From Tricharina praecox (lineage: Eukaryota), in the NCBI RefSeq assembly GCF_024521635.1, contig NW_026250436.1, forward strand, positions 294,610 to 314,609: a stretch of 20,000 nt of DNA, read 5' to 3'. The first letter of the stretch is position 1, and every line of letters begins with the position of its first letter. This document shows positions 10,901 to 20,000 of the stretch, piece after piece. A program made the translations under genes and the position numbers. The notes below the pieces were generated by a model. That model was not told the origin of the DNA. It worked only from the letters and a program-made list of their open reading frames with translations, and ran no database searches.

Positions 10901-10910
10901 ATAATCTTAA
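10901..10910 (+). promoter_or_regulatory. Putative self-priming primer-binding site of element A
   Basis: ATAATCTTAA, 2 nt after the LTR-like end, is the exact reverse complement of TTAAGATTAT at 10800-10809 inside the LTR; no TGG-type tRNA PBS. Confidence 0.6.
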
Positions 10911-10937
10911 AGGTTACAGTCACCGATTTCTATCGAA

Positions 10938-12941
10938 ATGTCCTCCTCAAACCTCGACATGCTCCGCCTCGAACTTCCTCAGACCCTAAGCAATGCGCTC
11001 GTTAGCATTCCGCAAGCATCCGAAACTGTCGAAGTACGAAACCCAGCAGCTTGGCTCAGGCTGATGAACCACCAATAACAAACGGCACAAAGAGACCTGC
11101 GCCAACTTTACCAAGCATGCGATCAGAAGTTCAACGAAGAAGACTCCAGAATGCAGGAAATCAGAAGGAACTACGAACAACTCTGCGATGGGGTCAAGTA
11201 TGTGTACAACCTCTACGCTCACAATGCCGAAATGAATACAGAATGGCTTCGAACCGAGCTGTCAACGGTAGCGAACGCAACGCACGCCCTGAGCAGCGAC
11301 GTATGGGCAGTCATTCGAGAACGTAACCAGAAAGATGAAGACAACCGCGAGTTGCAAAGCGTCGCAAACGCTCGGCTACAAGACGCCATCGTGTTCCTCG
11401 AAACGGCGCAAGTCGAACAACGCAGGGAGCAAGCGGTGTACAACCGCAACGTGGAAATTTGGGCAGGGAAACAGGAAGAGAAGGCAGAGTACCTCTACAA
11501 GGAGCAACAGCGAATCAAGGAAAAAATCGCTCGAGCGGAGAAAAAATTGAAGGCTGTAGAGGTAAGGACAGGGAAGGCGAAGGAAAAGGCCCCAGGGTGG
11601 GTAAACACCACCCCAAGAGGAGGATCGCGGGCAGAAAGGTCAGCAACAAGGGAAACTCCAGCAGGTGCAGGAATGTCCCCTCCTCCTCCACCCCCAAGAC
11701 GTCCGGTGACTAACCTTGGAGGTGATCCCTCGGATGAGGAACCATCGGATGATGACGATTCCATCCCCTTGCCGCGTCGTTCGCCGCCCCGTCACCGACA
11801 CGCTCCGCTACCAAGAGAAGACGGCGAAGACGAAGAGAGTCGCTTCGCTCGGATAATCGCTGCTGCCGTCTCCGCATCGAACCCGAGGGCCATCAAGCTT
11901 AAAATGAAAGAGCCCAAGCCGTTCGATAGCAAGCAAAGGACAGCCTTCTGTCCATGGTGGGACTCAGTCGATGAATATCTTAAGTTCCACCCAGAGATGA
12001 ACGAGCAGCAGAAGATAGCGTGGGTGGGATCCCGACTGGAAGGGACAGCGGCAGAATGGCATCAGGCCCGTCGAAAAAGCCTGAGGCAGCTACACTTGGA
12101 AGATACCTGGCAGGCGTACCAAGAGGCACTCAAGGAGGCGTACCGCGACACGCAGGAAGGAGCGAACGCATTAAGAAGGATGTGGGCCCTCGAATACAAA
12201 GGAGACATTCAGGCTTACATGACCTCCTTCCGATCGCTCAACATGATCGCTCGCGCCACCGGCGAACCGCTACAAGACATAGTCAACCAGGCCATGACTA
12301 CCGACATCGTCGATATGTGCTTCAACCAGCACACCGAACCCTACGAAGACGATGAAGACTTCCTGGAAACGGTGCTCAGGGCTGGCAACCATGTGGAACG
12401 ACGGGACGCGCTGAAAAAGGCAAGGGCAATGAGGAAAGGGGGATCGGGTAGCCAGGGTTCCGGCGGCGACCGGAAGGGATCTGGCAACACCCGGCAGGGC
12501 CAAGGAAAGGGCAGAGACCCCGGGGGCCGCAAGGAAAGCGGGGAGTCCCTGGAGGGCCGAAAGGCCAAGGAAGCAACAGGAGTCAGGAAGGGAAGGACAA
12601 GGGAAGGGGACATCTACGCAGGAGCAAAGGAGGCTCTGGTAGGGGTTCCCCAGAAGGAGATCGATGCCCACAAAGCATCCAAGTGCGACTGTTGGCGTTG
12701 CGGACGAGACGGCCACCGAACCTTCCAATGCTACGCCAGAAAAACAGTCGCGGGTACCGAACTCCTCGAGAGTCCAAAGGTGTCATCCGTGACAAAGAGA
12801 ATGCGGGACACCCAGGATGCCGAACCCACTCGACCGAGGTCCAAGCAACACAAGGCTGCGGCGGTTGTGGTGGAGGATGAAGCAATGACGGAGGCCCCTC
12901 CATTCTGGGAAAGGAATGAGAGTGAGCCGGAGGATTTTTGA
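10938..12941 (+). pseudogene. gag: gag of element A with one in-frame stop (TAA 11076-11078); downstream ORF 11151-12941 is open
   Basis: ATG 10938 is in frame with 11151. Coiled-coil-like N-terminus, poly-Pro stretch, capsid-like KEPKPFD..WW..KIAWVGSRLEGTAAEW, zinc knuckle CWRCGRDGHRTFQC (12690-12731). Confidence 0.88.
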
Positions 12942-12973
12942 GCGGCCCCAGCACTCCGCAGACTGGACGGCCA
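12932..12973 (+). promoter_or_regulatory. Putative -1 ribosomal frameshift signal (G GAT TTT heptamer plus downstream stem) at the gag/pol junction
   Basis: Pol frame is -1 relative to gag; heptamer 12932-12938 lies immediately before the gag TGA; GGCC-CCAG...CTGG-AC-GGCC can fold into a stem just downstream. Confidence 0.6.
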
Positions 12974-15805
12974 AGTGTATATGTTTGCGGAACGAAGAGA
13001 CCACGGCCTCAGGATATCGACAGCGAATCCAGAGATAAGCGAAGACGAACGGACCAACCTATTTCTACGAGTCCAACCGCGCCGAGCGCCTCAGGGTGTG
13101 AGCCCCCAAAACCTGTCAGCGGACCACGACCAATCATAGAAATGATGCTCCTCTGGTCTGAGCACAAGCGACGACGGATCCGAGTACTCCTTGACACAGG
13201 ATGTGCCATTCCGATCATCAAACGAAGCCTTGCACGAGAACTTGGGTTGCCCCTCATTCAACGACCCAAGCCGGTGGAAATCAAGGACTTCCACGGAACC
13301 ATAGTGGAAGGAGCCGGGGAATGTTATACAATGCCGATGCTCCTTCAACACCGGAGGCACTACACCAACGAAACCTTCGAAGTGGCTCCCTTGGACGACT
13401 GCGATGCTGTCACGGCTCACGACGGAATGACGAAGGGAGGGTCGGCACAAGGATCGGGAGAATTGGGGGGCAGTGCAGAGGCACTGCACCGGCAGTGCAA
13501 GGATGAGTCGCAGAGGATTTGGGGCTGTGTGCAGGGAGCAGGGATAGCGCAGTAATGAGTCGCAGGATATTGGGGCTGTGTGCAGGAAGCAGGGGTTCTG
13601 CGGCTGCGCAGGGTGTGAGTGACGGAAGTGGGGTACTGGCAAGGTGGATTTCTCAGGGTCTGGCACACGCCCACGGTCATTGTCAGGTTGCGGGAAGAAG
13701 TGGAGGATTTTCTATATAAACGGGCCGTTGCCCCTCTGTATTTAGTTCTTCACGCAACAACTTGTTAATTCAATCACTGTTACCTCTGTCCTTGCCTCGG
13801 CTGCCGTCTGCGCCGTAGTCCTTGTCCCTGCCTCTGTTCTCAGTTGCCGTCTGCACTGAGCCCTGCCTCACCTTGTCTCCTGTACCCGTCTTGCCCCTAC
13901 CAAACCCAGAACCCGATCCCCAGCCCGACTTCGCTACCTGGAGCCTTGCCCGACCGTGCCGTTACAGATGCCTACCTCCCGTATTGGTGGATGGCTAAGC
14001 ATGAACCGACAGGGTTGTGGGAGAATGAAGCACAGAAAATTCGCTTCACCAGCACCCGATGCAAGGAACAATGCACCTTGCAACAAGCAACCAGCTTTCC
14101 GATGGAACTTGACACGTCTGTCATTCACAATTCGGAGGCTCGCATTATTGGATACGTCTCAGCTGGCCCGGAATCAGATCCACCCATGAATCTGCTTCCG
14201 GAGAAGTTCAGACGATATGCCAACATCATGAGCAAGGAAGCAGCCAATAAGCTTCTCGACCACTAGTCCTACGACCACGCAATCGATCTCAAGGAAGGAG
14301 AGACTCCTCCATGGGGTCCTATCTATGCGCTGTCAGAGAAAGAACTTGAGGCCCTCAGGGAGTGGCTCAAGGAGATGCTCCAGACAGGCAAGATTCGAAG
14401 ATCCAAATCACCAGCCGGGGCACCGATATTATTTGTACCAAAGGCGCACGGCAGGGGTCTCCGATTGTGTGTCGACTATCGCAGTATCAACAAGATTACC
14501 GTAGCCAATCGCTACCCACTCCCGATCATGGCAGAGTTGCAAGACCGAGTCAGGGGTGCGAAAGTCTTCACCAAGATTGATCTGAAGAATGGCTATCACC
14601 TTATCCGCATCAAGGAAGGTGACGAGTGGAAGACAGCTTTCCGCTGTCGATACGGACTGTTTGAGTTTTTGGTCATGCCGTTTGGGCTGACCAACGCTCC
14701 AGCGACGTTTCAGGACATGATTAACCACATATTTCGGGATATGTTGGACCTGGGACTGGTCGCATACATCGATGACCTCCTCATCTATGCTAAGACGCAC
14801 GAGGTGCATGACAAGATAGTCATCGAGGTACTCAAGAGGTTGGAAGAAAATAAGTTGGCAATCTCACCAGAGAAGTGTGTCTGGTCGACAAGGAGAGTCG
14901 AGTTCCTAGGATACGTGATATCCCAAGATGGAATTGAGATGGCTAAGGACAAGGTGGAATCTGTGCTCTCGTGGGAGGCGCCGCGGTCCCTGAAGGAAGT
15001 ACAAGCCTTTCTTGGGTTCGCCAATTTTTACAGGCGCTTCATCAAGGATTTCTCAAAGATCACGAGACCCTTGACCGAGAGCACAAAAGAAAAAGGGAAG
15101 GATTGGAGATGGACAGGAGAAATGAAACTGGCCTTCGAGGAGCTGAAGTCTAGGTTCACCACGGCACCGATTCTCGGGCACTTCAACCCAGAAGTAGCTG
15201 TCGTGGTGGAATCCGACGCTTCCGACTTCGCGTTGGGCGCGGTCCTGTCTCAAAGGGCAGAGGATGGGAAGTTACACCCAGTTGCGTTCCACTCAAGAAA
15301 GTTTACCCCAGCCGAAATCAACTTCGAGATTCACGATAAGGAACTACTCGCGATAGTAGACTCTTTCAAACGCTGGCGGCAATACCTCGAGGGAGCAAAA
15401 CACCAGATCCAGGTGTACAGCGACCACCAGAACCTTGAGTACTTCACAACCACGAAAGTACTCAATCGACGGCAGGCGAGATGGGCACAAGAACTCGCTG
15501 GCATCGACTTCAAAATCTACTACCGGCCCGGCAGCCAGAATGGCAAGCCTGACGCATTATCCAGGCGCCCGGAGTACCGCCCTGAAAAAGGGGGGGGTGA
15601 AGATCAGCCGATTACGACGATCCTGCATAAATCACACTTTGCAGGCGACGATTCGAGAGTGTCATCCATCAGCACCGGAGGCGAAAGCACCGTGTTCATG
15701 GCTTCGTCAACTCGGCTACAATCAATCCCCGTGCCAAAGTGGAATGAAGAATTTCTGGGTTGGGTCAGGAAGGCAGGAAAGAAAGATGCTGGATATCAGG
15801 TGTAA
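12938..15805 (+). pseudogene. pol: pol of element A (protease-RT-RNase H), disrupted by a solo LTR (13408-13966), a TAG (14264-14266) and truncation at 15800
   Basis: VLLDTGC protease motif. Removing the LTR and one TSD restores ..PLDDCDAYLPYWWMAKH... RT motifs LCVDYR, KIDLKNGYH, MPFGLTNAP, YIDD; RNase H ESDASD, DKELLAI, SDHQNL, KPDALSR. Confidence 0.93.
13408..13966 (+). mobile_element. Family B solo LTR (559 bp) with 5-bp TSD GATGC, inserted in the element A protease region
   Basis: GATGC at 13403-13407 and 13967-13971; TG...CA termini; ~7 differences from the reverse complement of 15801-16359. Confidence 0.97.
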
Positions 15806-16359
15806 CGGCACGGTCGGGCAAGGCTCCAGGTAGCGCAGTCGGGCTGGGGATCGGGTTCTGGGTTCGGTAGGGGCAAGACGGGTACAGGAGACAAGGTGAG
15901 GCAGGGCTCAGTGCAGACGGCAACTGAGAACAGAGGCAGGGACAAGGACTACGGCGCAGACGGCAGCCGAGGCAAGGACAGAGGTAACAGTGATTGAATT
16001 AACAAGTTGTTGCGTGAAGAACTAAATACAGAGGGGCAACGGCCCGTTTATATAGAAAATCCTCCACTTCTTCCCGCAACCTGACAATGACCGTGGGCGT
16101 GTGCCAGACCCTGAGAAATCCACCTTGCCAGTACCCCACTTCCGTGACTCACACCCTGCGCAGCCGCACTACCCCTGCTTCCTGCACACAGCCCCAATCT
16201 CCTGCGACTCATTACTGCGCTATCCCTGCTCCCTGCACACAGCCCCAAATCCTCTGCGACTCATCCTTGCACTGCCGGTGCACTGCCTCTGCACTGCCCC
16301 CCAATTCTCCCGATCCTTGTGCCGACCCTCCCTTCGTCATTCCGTCGTGAGCCGTGACA
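15801..16359 (-). mobile_element. 3' LTR of element B (559 bp)
   Basis: Minus strand TGTCACGG...CGTTACA, directly after the PPT; TATATAAA at 16054-16047. Confidence 0.96.
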
Positions 16360-19300
16360 GTAGTCCCTCCTAAGGCTCGAGTTCCCACGAGAGCAAGTTC
16401 GACTGGTCCAGGCTGCATGGGGTATCGTCGATGGAAGTCGTCCACAGCTTGTACCTCAGTAAGGTTCTCCTCTGGTTCCCATGTTGGTGCCGCGTAGCCT
16501 CTCCATTTCACCAGGTACTGGAGTTTGCCCCTGAGGTTCCGGCTGTCCAGGACCTCTTCAACCTCCCATTCTTCTTGGTCGTCCACGATTACCGGAAGTG
16601 GTGGCGGTGGAGTTTGTCCAGGGAAGGGATCGTCAGCGGAGGCATGAAGGAGGGATACAGGAAATGTTCGGTGCTTCTGAACGGTGTCCGGGATGTCCAA
16701 TTCGTAGGCGTGGGTTCCGATTGTCCGAATCACACGGTAGGGACCATGGTGTTTGTTTTCCAGCTTGCGACTGGGTCTCTCGGTGCGCCAGTTCCGACCA
16801 TCCACCCATACCATGCCGCCTGGTTGGAAGGCTGGCGCAGGGGTTCGGTGTCGGTTGGAGTCGTCCTGTTGCCGTGCCTGGGTATACCGCATTTGGCTGC
16901 GGGCGACGCCGTGGATTTGATGCAACCGTTCCGCTGCACTCTGAGCTTGATGTTCCTCCTTGGTGTCGACACGGATATCCAGCTCAAAGTCACACCGTGG
17001 GTGGTATCCTAGGTTAGCGAAGAATGGGGACAGGGTAGTCGTGTCGGAGACCTGGTTGTTGCCAGCAAATTCGGCCAAGAAGAGGTAGTCGACCCAGTCA
17101 TCCTGGAGGTAGCTGACGTACGCGCGGAGGTGCTGTTCCATGACGGCGTTCATCCGTTCGGTTTGGCCGTCGGTCTGGGGGTGGAAGGCAGTTGACAGGC
17201 GTGGCTCGATCTTGAGGCATGAGCATAGGTGTTTCCAGAATCGCGAGGCAAACTGGGGACCCCTATCCGAGACGATGCTTTCTGGCAACCCGTGGTACCT
17301 GAAGATCCGGTCGCAGAACAGCTCGGCCAGTCCTTCCGAGGTGATGGTCGTGGTACATGGTAGGAGATGGCGTTGCTTGGTCAGTCGGTCAACAAAAACA
17401 CAGATGGCGTCAAACCCCTTTGAGGCCGGTAAGCCAGTGACAAAGTCGACTGAGATGTGTTGCCATGGCTTCTCGGGTACTGGGAGGGGGCGCAGGACAC
17501 CATAGGGTGCGTGCCGGGTGGCCTTGGTTCGTCGGCAGGTGTGGCAGTTTCGGACAAACTGGTCAACGTCCTTTCGCATCTGTGGCCAGTAGTACCTTCG
17601 AGCAAGTAGTTCCAGGGTTTTTGCGCGCCCTGGGTGCCCCATGGTCGGTGGGCCGTGGTGGTCCTGGATCAGTCGTAGTCGGAGTCGGTCGTACTCTGGA
17701 ACATAGAGGCAGTCTCGGTAGATCAGTCGCCCGTTGACTTCGCGGCATTCGGCCAAGGAGATCTCCTTCGAGTGGCGTGTACCATTTCGGAGTAGCTCGA
17801 GGATTCGATTTGGGACGGGGTCTATGCCGTAGCCTTCTGTTATCAGTGACGTGAAGAGGGGACGGTCTTGTCCGGATGTGTTGTTTGCTGCCAACCGAAG
17901 CTCTTCCGGTAGGTTGTCCGGTTTCAAGACTGCCTGCTGGTTGGCAAGCAGTCTTTCATCCCCTTCTTTCAGGAGGTCTCCTGACCTCCTGGTCAGTGCT
18001 TCCGGTTTTCCTCCTGCTTTGCCTGGCCGGTAGACAATCTTGAAATGGAAACGGGAAAGGAACTCTGACCATCGCGCTTGTCGTCGGTTAAGTAGTTTCG
18101 TTGTCATGAAATACTCCAGATTCTTGTGGTCGCTTAGGACTTGGATGGGGTGAGGAGCGCCCTCCAGATGTGGTCTCCACTCCTCAAAGGCGCGGACGAT
18201 TGCGAGGAGTTCTTTGTCGTAGATCTCGTAGTTGCATTCTGCCGGGGAGTGTTTCTTGGAATAGAATGCCACTGGGTGCAGGATTCCCTCGTCGCCGTAC
18301 TGAGATAGGACGCCGGCAGAGACGTAGTCGGAGGCGTCAGTTTCCACTACTATCTGCCGATCGTAGTCGAAGTGCCGGAGGATCGGGGCCGAGGTGAATG
18401 CTGTTTTTAGTTCGTCGAATGCTTTCTGCTGTTCCGGTCCCCACACGAAGGGAACATACTTTCCATCCTCCTTCTTGGTCAATGCTGTCAATGGGGATAC
18501 CACCTTGGAATAGTCTTGGATGAACCGCCGGTAGAAGTTCGCAAATCCCAGAAAGCATTGCACATCGGTGACGGTACTTGGCTCCTCCCATTCCAGTATG
18601 CAGGAGACTTTCGCTGGGTCCATCTTGTTCCCGTTTGTTGTAATGATCAGTCCCAAATACTTGACTTCTGTCTGGTGGAAATGACATTTTTCGGGTTTGA
18701 GATGTAGACCGGCTGCTGATAAGGCCTAAAGTACTTTCCTGACATGTTTCCGGTGTTCATCTAAGGATCCGCTGTAAATTAAGACGTCATCGATGAATGC
18801 GGTACAGAAGTCGTCGAGGAACGGGTGTAGCACATCGTTGATCAGAGCTTGGAAGTCGGCAGGGGCGTTGGTGAGACCGAAGGGCATGACGAGGGATTCG
18901 AAGAGCCCGTAGCGTGTCCGGAAGGCAGTTTTCCACTCTTCTCCTTCCGCCATCCGCACAAGGTTGTAGGCACCGCGGATATCCAGGGTGGTGAAGTATT
19001 TCGCCCCGGATAGCCGCATCAGAGTTTCTTGGAGGAGTGGGAGTGGGTACCTGTTCTTGATTGTTCCTTCGTTTAGGCCCCTGTAATCCACACACAGGCG
19101 TAGGGAGCCGTCCGATTTCTTGACAAACAGGATTGGCGATGCTGCTGGAGAGGAAGAGGCACGGATGAAACCTTTGCTAAGGTTGTCGTCAAGCCATTCC
19201 TTCAATGCGACAAGCTCCATTTTCGAAAGTGAGTACAGTGGTCCGTATGGGGGCGTAAATCCCTCCTTGAGTGGGATCTTATGGTCGTAGTGTCGGTGCG

Positions 19301-19850
19301 GTGGCAAGTTCTGGGCGAGGGCTACAGAGAACAGCGGTAGGAACTCGTGATATTCGTGAGGGATATGTGCCGTGGGGTCCTTGTTTCCTTCCAGTGCGCC
19401 GTTGACTTCGGCAAGAGTGGTGTTGAAAATCGTAAGGCTTTCCTTGCTGACCAGTTCTTGGAATGACTCCATCCGTAAGGCTGAGATTCTGACTGTGGTT
19501 TGCCTTGAAAGGTTAGTGCATTCTTGGTGATTCATCCTTGGGGGAGACGTAATGCAGCGGGCCACGATGTCGCCGGCCCCCGCGCTTACCGCTGGCTCTT
19601 CCTGAGCTGCTTTTGACGCGAGAGCATAGGTAGATACGTCAGGTGGGTCGGTGGTGATTCCATGTGCAACTGTGGGCACTGCATTGCAGTTGGCTGTACA
19701 GTATTGGGAGCCAAAGGTGAGGGTTCGGGAGCTGAACCGGATGGCCACATCGTGGAGGTCCATCCAGGGGATTCCGAGTACAACCGGGTAGTGGCCTAGT
19801 TTGGTGACAAACATAGGGATTTCTTCGTGGTGTTCCTGTATGGAGAGGGT
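16212..19850 (-). pseudogene. pol: pol of element B (end of protease, RT, RNase H, integrase, chromodomain) with one in-frame TAG at 18728-18726
   Basis: ORFs 18726..19814 and 16212..18656 share a frame (RKVL*ALSAAGLHLKPEKC). Motifs: VVLGIPW, LCVDYR, FIDD, ETDASD, HHCC (H..GHPG...CHTC), D-D-E (SVDFV, SDRG, QTERMN), GPY, chromodomain EWEVEEVLDSR..YLVKWRGY..PTWEPEENL. Confidence 0.95.
16364..16371 (-). promoter_or_regulatory. Polypurine tract of element B
   Basis: AGGAGGGA followed by CTAC and the LTR TG on the minus strand. Confidence 0.75.
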
Positions 19851-20000
19851 GGTTAGGGTTAGGGTTAGGGTTAGGGTTAGGGTTAGGGTTAGGGTTAGGG
19901 TTAGGGTTAGGGTTAGGGTTAGGGTTAGGGTTAGGGTTAGGGTTAGGGTTAGGGTTAGGGTTAGGGTTAGGGTTAGGGTTAGGGTTAGGGTTAGGGTTAG
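19851..20000 (+). repeat. Telomeric repeat (TTAGGG)n, about 25 perfect units running to the window edge
   Basis: ggttagggttaggg... with the G-rich strand 5'->3' toward the end, as expected for a right chromosome end. Confidence 0.98.

Larger units (their letters stand above)
10189..15800 (+). mobile_element. Ty3/Gypsy LTR retrotransposon A (5' LTR-PBS-gag-PR-RT-RH), interrupted by a B solo LTR and truncated by element B; integrase and 3' LTR absent
   Basis: Gag with CCHC knuckle, protease LDTG, RT YIDD and RNase H, with RT directly after PR (Gypsy order, no integrase between them). Confidence 0.9.
15801..19850 (-). mobile_element. Chromovirus (Ty3/Gypsy) element B, 5'-truncated by the telomere: partial PR-RT-RH-IN-chromodomain, PPT, 3' LTR
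   Basis: Pol motifs as listed for the pol feature; PPT AGGAGGGA; 559-bp 3' LTR; inserted into pol of element A. Confidence 0.95.

Noticed and set aside
9490..13966. LTRs at 9490 and 13408 as the paired LTRs of one element enclosing gag
   Set aside because: The 13408 copy has its own TSD and splits the protease region, the two copies are only ~93% identical, and the LTR belongs to element B as shown by its PPT junction at 16360.
13408..16359. DIRS-like or DNA transposon with long terminal inverted repeats
   Set aside because: No tyrosine recombinase or transposase; each repeat is explained as an independent family B insertion.
17995..18805. FIDD in RT and KPEALTRR in RNase H of element B as signs of a novel enzyme
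   Set aside because: Single conservative substitutions in a copy that is already defective; not interpretable without the family consensus.
19851..20000. Telomere-targeting non-LTR element (MoTeR/SART/TRAS-like)
   Set aside because: The adjacent element is an LTR chromovirus broken mid-gene, with no element terminus at the junction and no telomeric repeats on its proximal side.

Overview
Right-hand end of a fungal (filamentous ascomycete-like) chromosome. The proximal 8 kb carries two divergently oriented intron-containing genes: (-) a ~611-aa protein joining a fungal HeLo-like/STAND-type N-terminal helical domain to a degenerate Ras-like GTPase domain, and (+) a ~610-aa secreted GMC (AA3_2-type) FAD oxidoreductase. 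After a 12-bp minisatellite, the distal ~10.5 kb is a nest of Ty3/Gypsy LTR retrotransposons. Element A (+; putative 5' LTR, self-priming-type PBS, gag, -1 frameshift, PR-RT-RH) is interrupted by a 559-bp solo LTR of family B with a 5-bp TSD, and then by a near full-length chromodomain-bearing family B element (-). A third B LTR lacks a TSD. Element B is cut inside its protease region and capped directly by (TTAGGG)n, which looks like de novo telomere healing. All alignments and counts were done by eye; no database searches were run.
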